A DNA stretch of 64,000 nucleotides. Source: Podarcis pityusensis (Eukaryota). Location of the stretch: the NCBI GenBank assembly GCA_964106645.2, contig OZ067038.1; one strand, written 5' to 3'. The number at the start of each line of letters is the position of its first letter. Positions within the stretch are counted from its first letter, which is position 1. Below the pieces are notes generated by a model. It saw nothing but the letters and a program-made list of their open reading frames with translations, had not been told where the DNA came from and searched no databases. Positions 24,745 through 37,110 of the stretch are shown piece after piece. Made by a program: the position numbers and the translations under genes.

Positions 24745-24905
24745 TAGGAACATAGGAGCCTGCCTTTCACTGTAAGACTATTGGTCCATTTAGCTCAGCA
24801 TTGTCAATACTGACCAGAAGCAGCTCTCCAAGAGTTCAGACACAGGACATTCCCAGACCTACCTGGAGAATGCCGAGGATAATATGTGGAACTTTTTGCA
24901 TGCAT
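24745..24905 (-). mobile_element. tRNA-derived SINE with CR1-like tail (family of 31015-31608)
   Basis: GAACATAGGAGCCTGCCT...GGTCCATTTAGCTCAGCATTGTC...ACCTACCTGGAGAATGCC is the reverse complement of that family. Confidence 0.65.
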
Positions 24906-25747
24906 GTACCTCTAACTGAATAATCTCGGCACACCACACGGACATCATGCTATTTCTGTTTCGGATAACAGGCCTGAATGCGATTTTTATTGTAAGGATC
25001 TTTTGTAAGCTGCTTTGAGAGGGCTAGAAAGTGATAAAAAGTATTATTATTAATTTAAAAAAATCAGAAACCACCCCTCTTATGCAATACTTTCCAAGCC
25101 CCTTATGAATCTTTCCTCTTTCCAAGCTGTCTCCTTTTTTCCATTCTTTTTCAAAAAATGAAATGTAGCGTTAAGCTGTGTGCTTTCTTCTTCTTCAGTG
25201 CTGGAACATAAATCTATGGCAAATAACAGTATGGGGTCACATGTAGCCATAGTACCACGAAGCAAGTGGGTGTGCACCAACGCCTGGAGGGAGACCCCCC
25301 CCCCGAAAAAGTGTTTCTGAGCTTCCCAATGAGGAACAGGATAGTAGCAAATACTCATCCTTCCCCTCATGTATCTTACCTGTTTACAACTCTCCCCTTT
25401 ATATAATTAAAACAGTTGTATATGCTCCAGGGAAAGCGTAGTGGAGATGGCACAGGCACTAACTAATTAAGTGTTCTATAAGATAAAAAGCACTGCTAGC
25501 AGATTAGGCTAGTGGCCCTAAGCATTCTGCTCTCACAGAGGCCAACGAGTGAAGCCTACAAGCAGCAAATAAGGGCAAATAGCACTTTTCTGCACAAGGA
25601 ACCTCCAGAAACTGGAATTCAGAGCCGCCGCCCCTGCCTCTGGCACTGCAAGTGCTACAAAGCCATTGTGACTAATGGCTGTTATCCTCAATGACTTTCT
25701 CTCATCCCCTTTTAAAGCTATTCAAGTTGGTGGCCATCACTATCCAT

Positions 25748-25870
25748 GGATAGCTCAGAAGGTAGAGCATGAGACTCTTGATCTCAGGGTTGTGAGTTCA
25801 AACCCCACCTCGAGCAGAAGATCTAGATGGCCCTTGTGATTTCTTCCAACTCTACAATCCTATAATTCTG
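25748..25870 (+). mobile_element. tRNA-Lys(CTT)-headed SINE (Squam3-like)
   Basis: TAGCTCAGAAGGTAGAGCATGAGACTCTTGATCTCAGGGTTGTGAGTTCAAACCCCAC closely follows tRNA-Lys-CTT; tail CTTCCAACTCTACAATCCTA. Confidence 0.8.
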
Positions 25871-26055
25871 TGGATCTTCTGGTAGAACATTCCGTACTTT
25901 ACTGTTCAGCATGGGAAATTTCCCTACTACAAACATGATGAACAGTTGCAGAATGAGGTTTTCTTCTCTCTCTTTTTTGTTTTGGTCCCCACAGCTTGCT
26001 GTGGGAGAAGTTAACACAAAGTGTGATGAGGGTGCCTCCCCTTGTACAAATGTTT

Positions 26056-26561
26056 GTTGTTGTTGTTTAGTTGTTTAGTTGTGTCCGACTCTTCGTGACC
26101 CCATGGACCAGAGCACGCCAAGTACTCCTGTCTTCCCTATCTCCAGCAGTTTGGTCAAACTCATGCTGGTAGCTTCAAGAACATTGTCCAGCCATCTCGT
26201 CCTCTGTCGTCCCCTTCTCCTTGTGCCCTCAATCTTTCCCAACATCAGGGTCTTTTCCAGGGAGTCTTCTCTTCTCATGAGGTAGCCAAAGTACTGGAGC
26301 CTCAGCTTCAGGATCTCTCCTTCCAGTGAGCACTCAGGGTTGATTTCCTTCAGGATGGATCGGTTTGATCTTCTTGCAGTCCATAGGACTCTCAAGAGTC
26401 TCCTCCAGCACCATAATTCAAAAGCATCAATTCTTCGGCAATTCTTTTTTATGGTCCAGCTCTCACTTCCATACATCACTACTGGGAAAACCACTATACC
26501 TTCTACGGCCACTAAACATTTGTACATCACTACTGGGAAGCTATGGTTTTCCCAGTAGTGA
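26056..26561 (-). mobile_element. 5'-truncated Bov-B with a complex inverted 5' junction
   Basis: ORF 26075-26530 matches the Bov-B C-terminus; (CAA)n tail; 13-bp TSD TGTACAAATGTTT (26043-26055 and 26562-26574). Confidence 0.92.
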
Positions 26562-27412
26562 TGTACAAATGTTTAGTGGCTGTAAAAGGTATAGGGGAAA
26601 GAGTGGCAAATTGGGTTTCCCACCTTGAAGGAAAGGTCTCCCATCATCTACTTTACAGGGAAAGGATATTCTGCTACATGCTACTACAAAGCACAAAGAG
26701 GATCGTTAGAAGCTTTGCATGCTTTTGCTCCCAGCATTGCTTTGTCACTGCTGTTTCATGTATTTGGTTCAGGTTCCCACTTGATCTCTTGCCTCTTTTG
26801 TTGTTGCCTTCATTATTTTATTGAAACCCTTATGTCTGTGAAGCACTCGAGGTCATGTCTATCTGAAGAATGAGGCCACTTAAGCCACGCTTTGGAATTA
26901 ATAAATGCTGAATAGGTAAATTTGTAAAAGGTCATAATGCATTTTTGAATCCTATCTTCTGCTGGAATTCAATTAAAGGGAGGCACCCAAGTGTGAACCT
27001 AACCTTTGGAAATCTAACCCTAGGTGCTGCTTCCAATTCAGGATTTGCTCACATTTGCCATGCAAAACAGATCATTTCTCCAAGCAAGGCTTCTGTCTTT
27101 CCAAATATCGCTTCGCATGAAAGAAATACGACCCTATACACCAAGGAAGCGGAACCTGCAGTCCTACAGATGATGGACCCATTAACCCCAGTCAGCATGG
27201 CCAATAGTCAGGGAAGATGGGAGCTGGGGCCCTACCAACACCTGGAGGGCCGCCGTTTCCATAAGAAGAGCCCTGGTGGATCAGGCTAATGGCCCATCTT
27301 GTCCAGCATCATAATGGCCAAACAGATCCCTACGGGAAGCTGAAAAGCAGGATCTGAATGCAACAGCACTCTCTCTACCTGAAACTGCTAGCAACTGGAA
27401 TTCAGAGGTATA

Positions 27413-28120
27413 CTGTATTTTTCCGTGTATAAGACATGTTTTTTGCTAAAAAAAATTGTAAAAAATTAGGGGTCGTCTTGTACACGGAACATGGGCATCT
27501 GGGGGAATTTTAAAAATATTTCAGCATATGTCCGGGATTTTGGCTTGGGCGGGCTGAGGCGGTCCCTCCTGCTGCCATTCCCCCTTTCTCCCCCCCTCTC
27601 CGGGCTGCATGCTGGTGACTGGCTCGCCTCCTGAAGACTCTGCTGGCTCAACCACCGGATCAAGAGCAGCTGCCACTGCCGCTGCTGAGAGCTGCCTCAG
27701 CTACTTCTCCTTGCCCTTCTTTCCTTTTCTTCCCTCTTCCTCTCTCAAATTCCCACCCTGCCCCCAGCCCGCTCACCACCTTCCTCAGCTCAGTCTGCTC
27801 AATGGCATGGCCCAACGCAGAGTGGCCGCTGCCTTCCCCCTGGCTCTTCTTTGGCATCCTGCTTAGGAGCCTGCTTCCCCGCAGCAGCAGCTGCCACCGA
27901 GGGGGGGGGTGCCCCAGTCACTGCCTTTGCTTCTGCACCTCAGTGCACTGCATGCACCTCATGCTGGAAACTTTGAGGGCAATCACCCCCAAAAAGATCA
28001 ACAACATGCCATCGCCAATCATCCAGATTTTCACTTCTATTTTAGGGGTTCATTTTTAAAATTTTGGGTTCAAAAAAATAGAGGTCGTCTTATACATGGG
28101 GGTGTCTTATACATGTATGG
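27413..28120. mobile_element. Tc2/pogo-like non-autonomous DNA transposon inserted in a CR1 3' UTR fragment
   Basis: Left TIR CTGTATTTTTCCGTGTATAAGAC, right end GTCTTATACATG..TATGG, TA flanks. The CR1 tail GCAACTGGAATTCAGAGGTATA resumes as CTTCCTCCAGCAGTGGAGG. Confidence 0.75.
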
Positions 28121-28817
28121 TACTTCCTCCAGCAGTGGAGGTTAAACACAGCCACCATGACTAGAAGCCATTGATAGGAGGTGGAAGTTGAATGGAAGGC
28201 CAAACATTTTTTTTTCATTGTAGAAAAATACACATTCCATACACCCTATTGAGATACTCTGGGTACATTCTAGAGTAAAATTAGCCTGTGCCCTAGGGCT
28301 AGGGTTCCTTAGAAATTTACCAGGAAGAAGCAAAAGTGAGTCCCATTTTGCATTGAGGCAAAAAATGGGGTGTTGGGGTCTAAAAAGCTTTCTGTAGACC
28401 AGCATCTAGCCATAAAGTACCAAACAAAATTTTAAAAACATAGAATTGTCATTTTTTCCATGAGAAAAAAATATTTGAAATCTAGATATGAAATAAATTA
28501 CAATACCATAAAGACAGATGCTTAGAATAGCAATTCTTCAAAAAATATACAAAACATTTTATGAGATAAAACACATGGTTTTCTTGGTAAAAGTTGTCCC
28601 ACATAGCAAGGGTACATAGGACATTTGCTTTATTGTGATTTTTCCCTAGCTGGTAACGCATTATACAATCTCCTTTTGTAATATGCTGAGGCTTTAAATA
28701 GCACACAGTTCTGTCCTTTTCTATAATCCCTTCAGAGCCCCTCTACACATCATTCAGATCTTCTTTGAAATTTCATATCAAAATTTACATTTCAGGAATG
28801 GTGTGTTTTTTTAATGG

Positions 28818-28848
<31 letters not shown>

Positions 28849-29279
28849 ACCTGCAATGCAATGAAGAACAGACAAGAGTCTATTTAAAAGCTCAAGAGTG
28901 ACATCTAAGATGAGTAATACAATGCTAAGCTACTTTTCCATTGCTTTTTATTTTAACATCGGATTATAAAATTATCTTTAAAAGAAAATTTGACTAATGA
29001 GAAAGCAATTGCTATCTTGGTAGCCTAATGCCATATAAATAGAATGATAGCTGAAACTAGGTCATGCCAAAGCATGTCTACTTAGAAGTAAGCCCCAATG
29101 AGCTCACATTGGACATGGGGCTACAGCCTTAACCTTCTACTGTACCGGACTTCGCAGATTTTATATGTCATTAGACAGCCACCATTTACAGCTACTTTAT
29201 CCAGATCACTGCATCATAGTAAAAACTATATTTTTTCTTCCATCAGCCATTTCTTTTCAATCGCAAACACTAATTCGTG

Positions 29280-29660
29280 GACAGGGAACCTGTGACATGG
29301 AATTTGCCTTTTTCACAGCCGCTGGGTCAATGTCTTCAATGAGCCACTACTATAATCCCAAGGTCTCGTTCCTGGTTAGTCAGCACCAGTTCAGACACCC
29401 TGAGTGTATATGTGAAATTAAGATTTTTTTGCCCTGACATGCATCACTTTACACTTGTTGACACTGAAGTGCTTTTGCCATTTTACTGCCCATTCACTCA
29501 GTTTGGAGAGGTCCTTTCCAAATTCACAGACTCTTTTTGTTTCAACGACCCTGAACAACTTAGTGTCATCACAGCAAACCTGGCTGCCACCTCACTGCTC
29601 GCTCATAACTCTAGATCGTTTATGAACAAGTTAAAAAGCACAGGTCTCAATACTGATCCA
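29280..29660 (-). mobile_element. CR1 LINE RT fragment
   Basis: Minus-strand translation GSVLRPVLFNLFINDL followed by a decayed KFADDTKL region. Confidence 0.8.
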
Positions 29661-29816
29661 GGGCTGCGTATATTTCTATAACACTCCTATAGATCTCATT
29701 TATTTCAGTGTGGTTTTCACAGAAGTTCCTGGTGGATTGTGACCAAGTTTTGTAAGGAAGGGTTATTTGACACTTGAATGGGAGGAACACTAAGAATGGG
29801 TGTGTGTGTATATATG

Positions 29817-30047
29817 CAGTGGTATCTCGGGTTACATACGCTTCAGGTTACATACGCTTCAGGTTACAGACTCCGCTAACCCAGAAATAGTACCTCGGGT
29901 TAAGAACTTTGCTTCAGGATGAGAACAGAAATCGCGCGGCAGCAGCGGGAGGCCCCATTAGCTAAAGTGGTGCTTCAGGTTACGAACAGTTTCAGGTTAA
30001 GAACGGACCTCCGGAACGAATTAAGTACATAACCAGAGGTACCACGG
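29817..30047. mobile_element. Tigger/pogo-like MITE (family of 8519-8741, opposite orientation)
   Basis: CAGTGGTATCTCGGGTTAC...ATAACCAGAGGTACCACGG|TA; internal CTTCAGGTTA repeats. Confidence 0.88.
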
Positions 30048-31014
30048 TATACACAAAATGAACAAAGGGTAATCTAAATTTATTTTAGTTTGCTTATGTC
30101 CTTTCAGACTATAAAGTGAAGGCATATCATGCAATAATTCTGCTGAACCTAAGCAGGCTTTGATCCAGTTGGTGCCTGGATGGGATACTACATACACCCT
30201 GCCTTGAGTTCCACAGAAGAAATGTACAGTCATTTTAGACATACTTGGGTTTAGAAGGCATTTACCTTTCCTCTTTCTACCTTGCCCCCTTCATCTGCAA
30301 GACTATATATTGCATACATTTGAAATATCATGAGCCATCTGCAGGCAAACCATGTAAACATTATTAAGATTTTTAAAAGAAAAAAAGAAAAATTATATAC
30401 CTCTGTAACAAATTAAGCAAGCACAGCAACTCTAACCTCTTTTCAGAATTGTGAAAAGCTAATTGGTTTTAAGACTTTTATAAAGAAAGCTGACAAGCAC
30501 CTTTAACCTGCCTTGTAAGAACCAATTTGCTTTGGGATTTTTTCCCCCATGGAGTGTCGGATGTGATTCAGCTGAATACAAGGCAACAAAATGCTTTTTT
30601 AAAAAAAATCTCTAAAGCACCAGGACTAATAAATAATGTATACTAAGACTCTTTCTTTGCCTTATTTCAGTTCCAACTTTTCCTGCATAAATAACACATC
30701 TGCCGTCCCGCCGAACCAAGTCACATAAGGACACATTACAAAGCTTAGCCAAATGGTTTGCTTTTAGTACATTTTGGTTACCAAAAAAAAAAAAATGCCA
30801 ACAAATCCAGATTGAACAAAACAAAACATGGCAATAATCTTTAGCAGTGATCATAAAATTTGTCAGGAGGGTGCTGCAGCCACCATAGTACAAATGTATA
30901 GTTGGGCATGGATGGTCTCCCCATTGGATTCAGCAGCCTATGCTAGCATCAGGATAGCCATCAGCTCAGTGAGCATAAACTTTCCTGATTTGGCTGCAGC
31001 AGCAACTACCTCCC

Positions 31015-31608
31015 TGCAAGTTCAGTGGTGCAGAATTTGCCTTGCAGGCATAAGGTCCCAGGTTCTATCCCCAGCATCTCCAGGGTAGGGGTGGGAGAGA
31101 CCCCCATCCGAAACCCTGAAGAACCACTGTCAGTCAGTGTAGGCAATAAAGAATAAGCTAAATGGACTGATTGTTGGGGATTCCATTCCACCCTTTGCTG
31201 CAGACATGGGATTGTTGCGTGTCACATGTCTGTTTACATTCCAGCACAGATTGCTGGTGTGAGCGGAACTTCCGCTCTGTACTGCTTTTGCTTTTCTGTC
31301 TCTCTCCGAGAAGACCGCAAGGAGAGATGCCATGTTTTCTTTGTCCTGATTTATGTATAATAAATGCATAGTTTAGTATGTGTCTACAGCCTCAAGCCTC
31401 TTCTGTTGTGCAGTTTACACTGCTGAGTAAAGTGTGCTCAAGTCTGCAAGCTTGAGTCACTGATTACATCGGAGCAGAGGTTGAGGGATCTCCGCAGCAG
31501 CAAGGCTGAAGGAAGACACTCCAGCTGCGGCCGAGCCAGCTGGCCTTTTGACCCCCCAATTCCGACACTAATGGCTTGACTCGGTGTAAGGCAGCTTCCT
31601 ATGTTCCT
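31015..31608 (+). mobile_element. tRNA-derived SINE with CR1-like tail, split by a solo LTR
   Basis: GGTCCCAGGTTCTATCCCCAGCATCTCCAGG...GCTAAATGGAC[LTR]GGCTTGACTCGGTGTAAGGCAGCTTCCTATGTTCCT. Confidence 0.75.
31172..31567 (+). mobile_element. Solo LTR, 396 bp
   Basis: TGTTGG...CCGACA termini; TSD CTGAT/CTAAT; AATAAA near 31359; cleanly interrupts a SINE. Confidence 0.85.
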
Positions 31609-32734
31609 GGCTTTATTCTTTCTCAATTAAAATAAAGTTGTTAATGATAACATCCAGTATGGGTTCTTTTGTGTCTTAATTTCCCATCTTAGAGACAAAT
31701 TAAATTTTGTTCCCAGCAGGGACAATGTGCATATGTTTAGTAGTGGGATCTGACCTCTTTTTATACTACAACTGGTTTTTAAGGGATTTTGGCATTATGA
31801 AGCGCAAACCAACTTGGAAGACCTGCTGGGGTACTACATTTCTATTAGGATGCTTTCTTTGTTGCTTTCTAATAAGGATTCACAACAGAATGAACTACTG
31901 AGCATTCTTAGGTTTGGGGGTTCAGTGGATGCACCACCAGGACTTCATCCTGCCAGAGATTTGGTGGTATGAATATAAGAAGAACCTTGCTGGATCCGAA
32001 CTAAGGACTATCCTATTTCTCACTGCAGACAACCAGATAGGAAAACCATGACATGAGGGCAATAGCCCCCTCATGATACAGTTTGCCAGAAGGTGGCAGT
32101 CAGAAGCATCCTAGAAATAGCATTGCCATTATGACTACTAGTAGCAAATGGCTGCATTTGGACACCACGCTAAACCACAGTTTAGAATGATGTAAACAAG
32201 TGTTTACATGACTCTCAGGATCTTGTGCTCTCCTCTAGCACAACCATGGGGTAAGGGGACGATTTGGAAGCTTTTGCTTAACCGCAGCTTGTTGCATCAT
32301 CCAAACCAACTTCCACGCTCCACTCAACCGTCTTCCGCACTGACAGTTAACCCCCAATTGACAGGAACCTCCAGCCAATCAGAACTTGCTGCCACCCAGA
32401 CCAATCAGACTGAATTTACCTGATCGAGGCCCCACCTAACAAAATCATAAAGAAATGTTGTATCTCTCTCCTCTCAGAAGCCGTCAACAAGAACTACTGC
32501 TACAAAGTGGTAGCTTGAAACATCATAACACTACAAGGCCTCAAACTTTTAAATATTTAAGTATATTTTCCCCTTCGAAACACAAACAGACATTTTGCTG
32601 CACTGGCCCTTAACTTGCGAACTTGGTAGCAGAACTCTGCTAAATTTGTTCCTTCTGATCCAGCCTCTCTGGATCTTTTGTAATCTTCCAAAAACTACAG
32701 GGGAATTCTATTGCCATCATATATGGGATTAGAT

Positions 32735-32850
32735 CAGGGATAGGGAATGTGTTTCCTCCAGATGTTGTTGGGACTCCAACTCCCATCAGTCCCAGCCAGT
32801 ACAGCCAGTGGTTAGGGATGATGGGAGTTGTAGTCCAACTGTATCTGGTT
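32735..32850. mobile_element. Palindromic hAT-like MITE fragment
   Basis: CCAGATGTTGTTGGGACTCCAACTCCCATCA...TGATGGGAGTTGTAGTCCAACTGTATCTGG; related copies near 27140-27262, 48095-48205 and 57740-57840. Confidence 0.7.
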
Positions 32851-33708
32851 TCTGCTTTTAAGATTATTACTTCAGAGTACACTATACATGTCGACTCCAT
32901 GGCACTTGTTTTCAGGTAAGTGGTATAGGACTTAAGTGGCAAGCTTTTTTTAAAAAAAAACATCCTGAAAACTCTAATTTTGCTGAGAAGGATTTTGTAA
33001 ACAGATATATTCTATTCAAAAATTCCCTTTTTACATTGCTTGTGCCACTAAGCAAACCTCATATGTTTGAATTCACCTTGATTTCCGGAGTCATTAAAAA
33101 TGGTGTTAAGAGTAAAAATATTCCTTTTTAATTGCCTTCAATACATTAGTGGTGGTCAGATGTCCCCTTTTCAGAAAACAATAATAATAGCAAAGTGTAC
33201 CAAGGGATTACACAGAGAACTATGTAAAGCTGTGCAGCCTCCAGAAGACTTAATGTGGCCACTTGCAGATTAAAATTCCTGACATTTTTCACTTTTCATA
33301 AAGTCTGAGCACCGTACACTTACAATATGCTTGGCAAGTCCATTTATTGTGTTGAATGAATGCAATGCAAAAAAAGAGACTTAATCTTTTTTTGGGGGGA
33401 GGCCAGATGTTAAAGGCAAGGAACCTCATTTACCTTCAACTCACTTAATCATACCTTAAATATCTATTCTGAGATATGCCAGCATAAAATAATGGCTACT
33501 TACACAGTGCTGATCTTCTGTATATTCAATAGCCCCATGCAGTTAATGAAGCTCACTTGGTGGCCTGGGGCAAAACCATGGCCTCGCAACCTGTTCTACC
33601 TCACAGGGTTATCATGAGGTTAAAATGCTCCTATGAGCTCCTTGGGGAAACTGTGGGATAACAACTTACTGAATAATGTGCCAGACATTCTACAGATAGT
33701 AGAAAATA

Positions 33709-36060
33709 CCGTAATTTCCCGTGTAGAAGACTATGTTTTTTGTTCAAAATTAGGAGTCATCTTATACATGGGTGCATTGTGGGGCCATGGGATAGGTTGC
33801 TGCCACGAGTTGGAGATTGTTATTGGTGGCTGCTGCAAGGGCTGTTTTTTTTTTATAAGATATTTATTGAGATTTTCAAAATGTTACAAAATAAAAATAA
33901 AAAAGAAGAAAATACAAAATAAAAATGGTTAACAAAGTAGAAAAGGGGAAAAACAAACCACTTCCAACAATACGAATACAAATTCAAAATAAGAAAAAAA
34001 ACAGAAAAAAACAAAAATACACCACAAACATTTAAAAACATTTAAAAACAAATTCATTATTCTCAAATCTCAACTGTCATTACCTTCTTTCTTTGACCTC
34101 CTCCTCCTCCCTTTCTTTGTATCCTAGTTATTAATTATCCCAGCAAATCCTTTCCATATTTCATAATATTCTGTCATTACATTACCTTAAACTGTTTTAA
34201 TTTTATCTTTCTATAAAAAAACCTTGAAACTTAAAGCTTAAATCTTATCCTTACCAACTTCTCATAACCATAATATTCTTTCATAATTCTTTAAACATCT
34301 TTACTAAAGCCGAGTAATTTCATTCCAACATTTTTCTAACATTCATCAATTTTATAAAACAGTCCTAATAGTAAAAAAAAGAAATACAAACAGATCAAAT
34401 CTTCATCCAGTGTCCCTTCCTCCTGGTCCCGGGTTTTGTCAGTCCTTATTATCCCATCGATCTAGCGCATTAACCTGGCAACCTTATATCCGAGGCCCTC
34501 AAGTCTCTTCCATGTCCCTTCCACAGCTCTTCTTCATATTTATAACTGTATTTTCCCTTGTCTCCTACTCATGGTAACTCCAGCTTGGCAATATTTTTGA
34601 CCCTTCTCGACAGATCAGCCCCTTTTCCATATTCAACACTAAATTCCATGTGGTATTTAAAAACATGTTTCAAAAACCCTCCAAAATTAAGAGCTCCCAC
34701 AATCCCAAACATCTCACGGCCCATTGCCAGATTTGAAAAGTCCAAACATCCCAGCATAGGGGGGTCAATCCAGCCCCCCATTTCCAAGCCAAACCAAACT
34801 TTTTCTTTCCAAATCTGGCGTTTTCCAAGTTCATTTGTCAAGTCCGAAAGCTCATATTCCTGTTGGGCCTGTTCTGTCAGGACACGCTCCTGATTTAATT
34901 CCTGGGTGGGCTCCACATATTTTCCCACTGTCTGTTCAAAATTTCCCACTGCCTGTTCAAAATTTCTAGTCGAAGTCGCCATCAATTCATCTTCTCATGT
35001 AACTGTTCCAGTAGGGCATTTGTTTTATAGAAAGCACACAACAGAGCTTCTGAATACATTGTCCTGCAAGGTCAAATGTCTATTCCCATGATTGTAATCT
35101 GTAACAGCTGCCGGCTCCCTGGAATTGGTTACAGTTTCACAGTCTCCCTCTAGGGGGAAAACTTCTATTTGTTCTTGCAACAAAGTTTTCCTTTTTAAGA
35201 TATTTTGTCAATATTTGTTCCTTTAAAATGCGAAGGGAAACAGTGGAATCACTATGTTTCTCTTCTTTTAGCTATCTGTCAAAAACGTTTGTCTCTGGTC
35301 AATGAGCTTCAAACGTCAGTCCTGACACCCCGCTCCAGGATCAGGACGGTGGAAAGTTACTTTACTTTAAACTCACTTTAAACAGTCCGAAAAAGATCCC
35401 CCTTCTTCTCCTGCTGTCGAAGGGGGGTTCCACAATTTTAAATGGTGAAATCCAATCCTTTAAAGGCAATTTTCTGAGCTCTAGTTTACGTTGTCTTTGC
35501 TTTATTCTGTCTACAAAAGAACGGAAGGCTGACTTCCTGTTTAGACCTTCCCGTTCAGTACCAAATTGAAATAAATTTTTAAATCCAATTCCTTTCTGCT
35601 CGCAAGTCCTTATTTAAGGTCCAGTTGTTCAAAGTTTAAGTACTCACGGGTGCTTATTTTAGAGTCCAAATTGTCCCAGGAAAAAGGCAGCGCTCTCCGG
35701 CAACGGCTATGCGGCTTCGCTCCACGGAAATAGCAGTTGACTCACAGCACCGCGCCACTTCCCCCTCTTCACTTCGGAGCCCGTTAGTGGGTTCCTTTGC
35801 GAGTTGGGGGGGCGCTAAAGGTGCCCGCCGAGTCCCATGGTCACAGGCTTCATCCGCCTGTGATTTTTAAAAGGGTCCCCGCTTCGCCATAGCGGAGAAG
35901 ACCCGTTTCACGCGGAGCTAGTCCCTCCAGTTCAGAGGGAGTCCGCCATTGCTGATGGCGCCACCCCGGAAGTCCTGCAAGGGCTGTTGTTGATTGGTTG
36001 TCGCTTCAGCAATTGGGTGGGTGATATACACGGGGGCGTGTTATACACGGAAAAGTACGG
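33709..36060. mobile_element. Tc2/pogo-like non-autonomous DNA transposon hosting the L1-like insertion
   Basis: TIRs CCGTAATTTCCCGTGTAGAAGAC / GTGTTATACACGGAAAAGTACGG, TA TSD; related to 27413-28120. Confidence 0.8.
33847..35974 (-). mobile_element. Short (2.1 kb) L1-like non-LTR element: intact 5' end, no ORF2
   Basis: 14-bp TSD CTGCAAGGGCTGTT (33833-33846 and 35975-35988); poly(A) plus AATAAA; CpG-rich 5' end GACTTCCGGGGTGGCGCCATCAGCAATGGCGG; only a 138-aa ORF (34569-34985) with a coiled-coil-like start. Confidence 0.8.
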
Positions 36061-36785
36061 TAACTTCCTTGCCATTGAACTCCACTTAGGCTTCTATTTC
36101 AGAGTTGGCTTATGCATTCCCTGGGTTGAGCCAAAAGGAGTGTTGGTGCTGTTTGTTAAAATCATTAAGCACAGTCAAGGAGTGCCCCCTTTTCAGGAGG
36201 TACTTGGCAAAAAAGGGGGAGAAACTGGTCATTAAGGGTGTTGACCCAGAAAAGATTGCCCTCACACAATCTCTGTGATGTCATCATAGAGCCAAATGTG
36301 ATTGGCTATATTGTGTCATAAGCACATCATTCTCACTATGTCAAGGGGTCTCAGTGGGTCTGTGGCACCATTCACGTAACAAAAACTACCATAGAGAGAT
36401 CAAATTTTTCAAAAGTAAAGGGGGCCTTGGCTTGGCTTTTGAAAAACAGGGGGTCTGCGGTACTTAGCTAATTGTGAACCACTGCACTATGTGACCTCCA
36501 ATTGGCTTAGGGAAGAAAATGGCACAAAACCCCCCCAATGCTAAAGCAATCAGGCAGTGACCATTTTAAACATAAAAAAGTAAACATTCAAATTATAGTG
36601 AGTGCCTATGAAAAATGGCATGACCCACAATGAAATCCAGCTTTGCTGCAAGCCAACATGTCTATATTTATGATTTCAGGTTAAAATTATGACCTTTTGC
36701 TTGAGAGATTGCATTAAATCTTTTTTATGTAAAAGAAAAAACTGGATGAGGTTTGTAGACTCTGACTATTGACATCAATCATTTA

Positions 36786-37110
36786 AGGCCGCATCTGCAC
36801 TGTACATTTAAAGCAGTATCATGCCACTTTAAATCTTGGGAATAATAATATGAATAATAATAATAATATTTTTTTATTTATACCCCGCCCATCTGGCTGG
36901 GTTTTCCCAGCCACTGTGGGCAGCTCCCAACAAAAGATTAAAAGTACATTAAAATGTCAGTCATTAAAAACTTCCCTAAACAGGGCTGCCTTCAGATGTC
37001 TCCTAAACGTCAGGTGCTGAGAGTTGTTAGGAGACCCCTATTTCCTTCACAGAGCTACAATTACCAGAGTTCCCTGAATACAGGGATTGATTGTTAAACC
37101 ACTCTGCGAA
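36786..37110. mobile_element. PIF/Harbinger-like MITE fragment containing an L2 3' end (~36840-37010)
   Basis: AGGCCGCATCTGCACTGTACATTTAAAGCAG terminus; (TAA)n then TTTATACCCCGCCCATCTGGCTGGG...CAGGGCTGCCTTCAGATGTC is an L2 tail. Related MITEs near 37730-37888 and 56840-57035. Confidence 0.6.

Noticed and set aside
25748-25815. Apparent tRNA-Lys gene (also tRNA-like heads at 3634, 54418, 60768)
   Set aside because: No acceptor-stem pairing, mutated arms, and each continues into a SINE tail; these are SINE heads.
26860-26905. CTGAAGAATGAGGC...AGCCACG hammerhead-like start
   Set aside because: No GAAA core or stems I/III; too weak even to call a relic.
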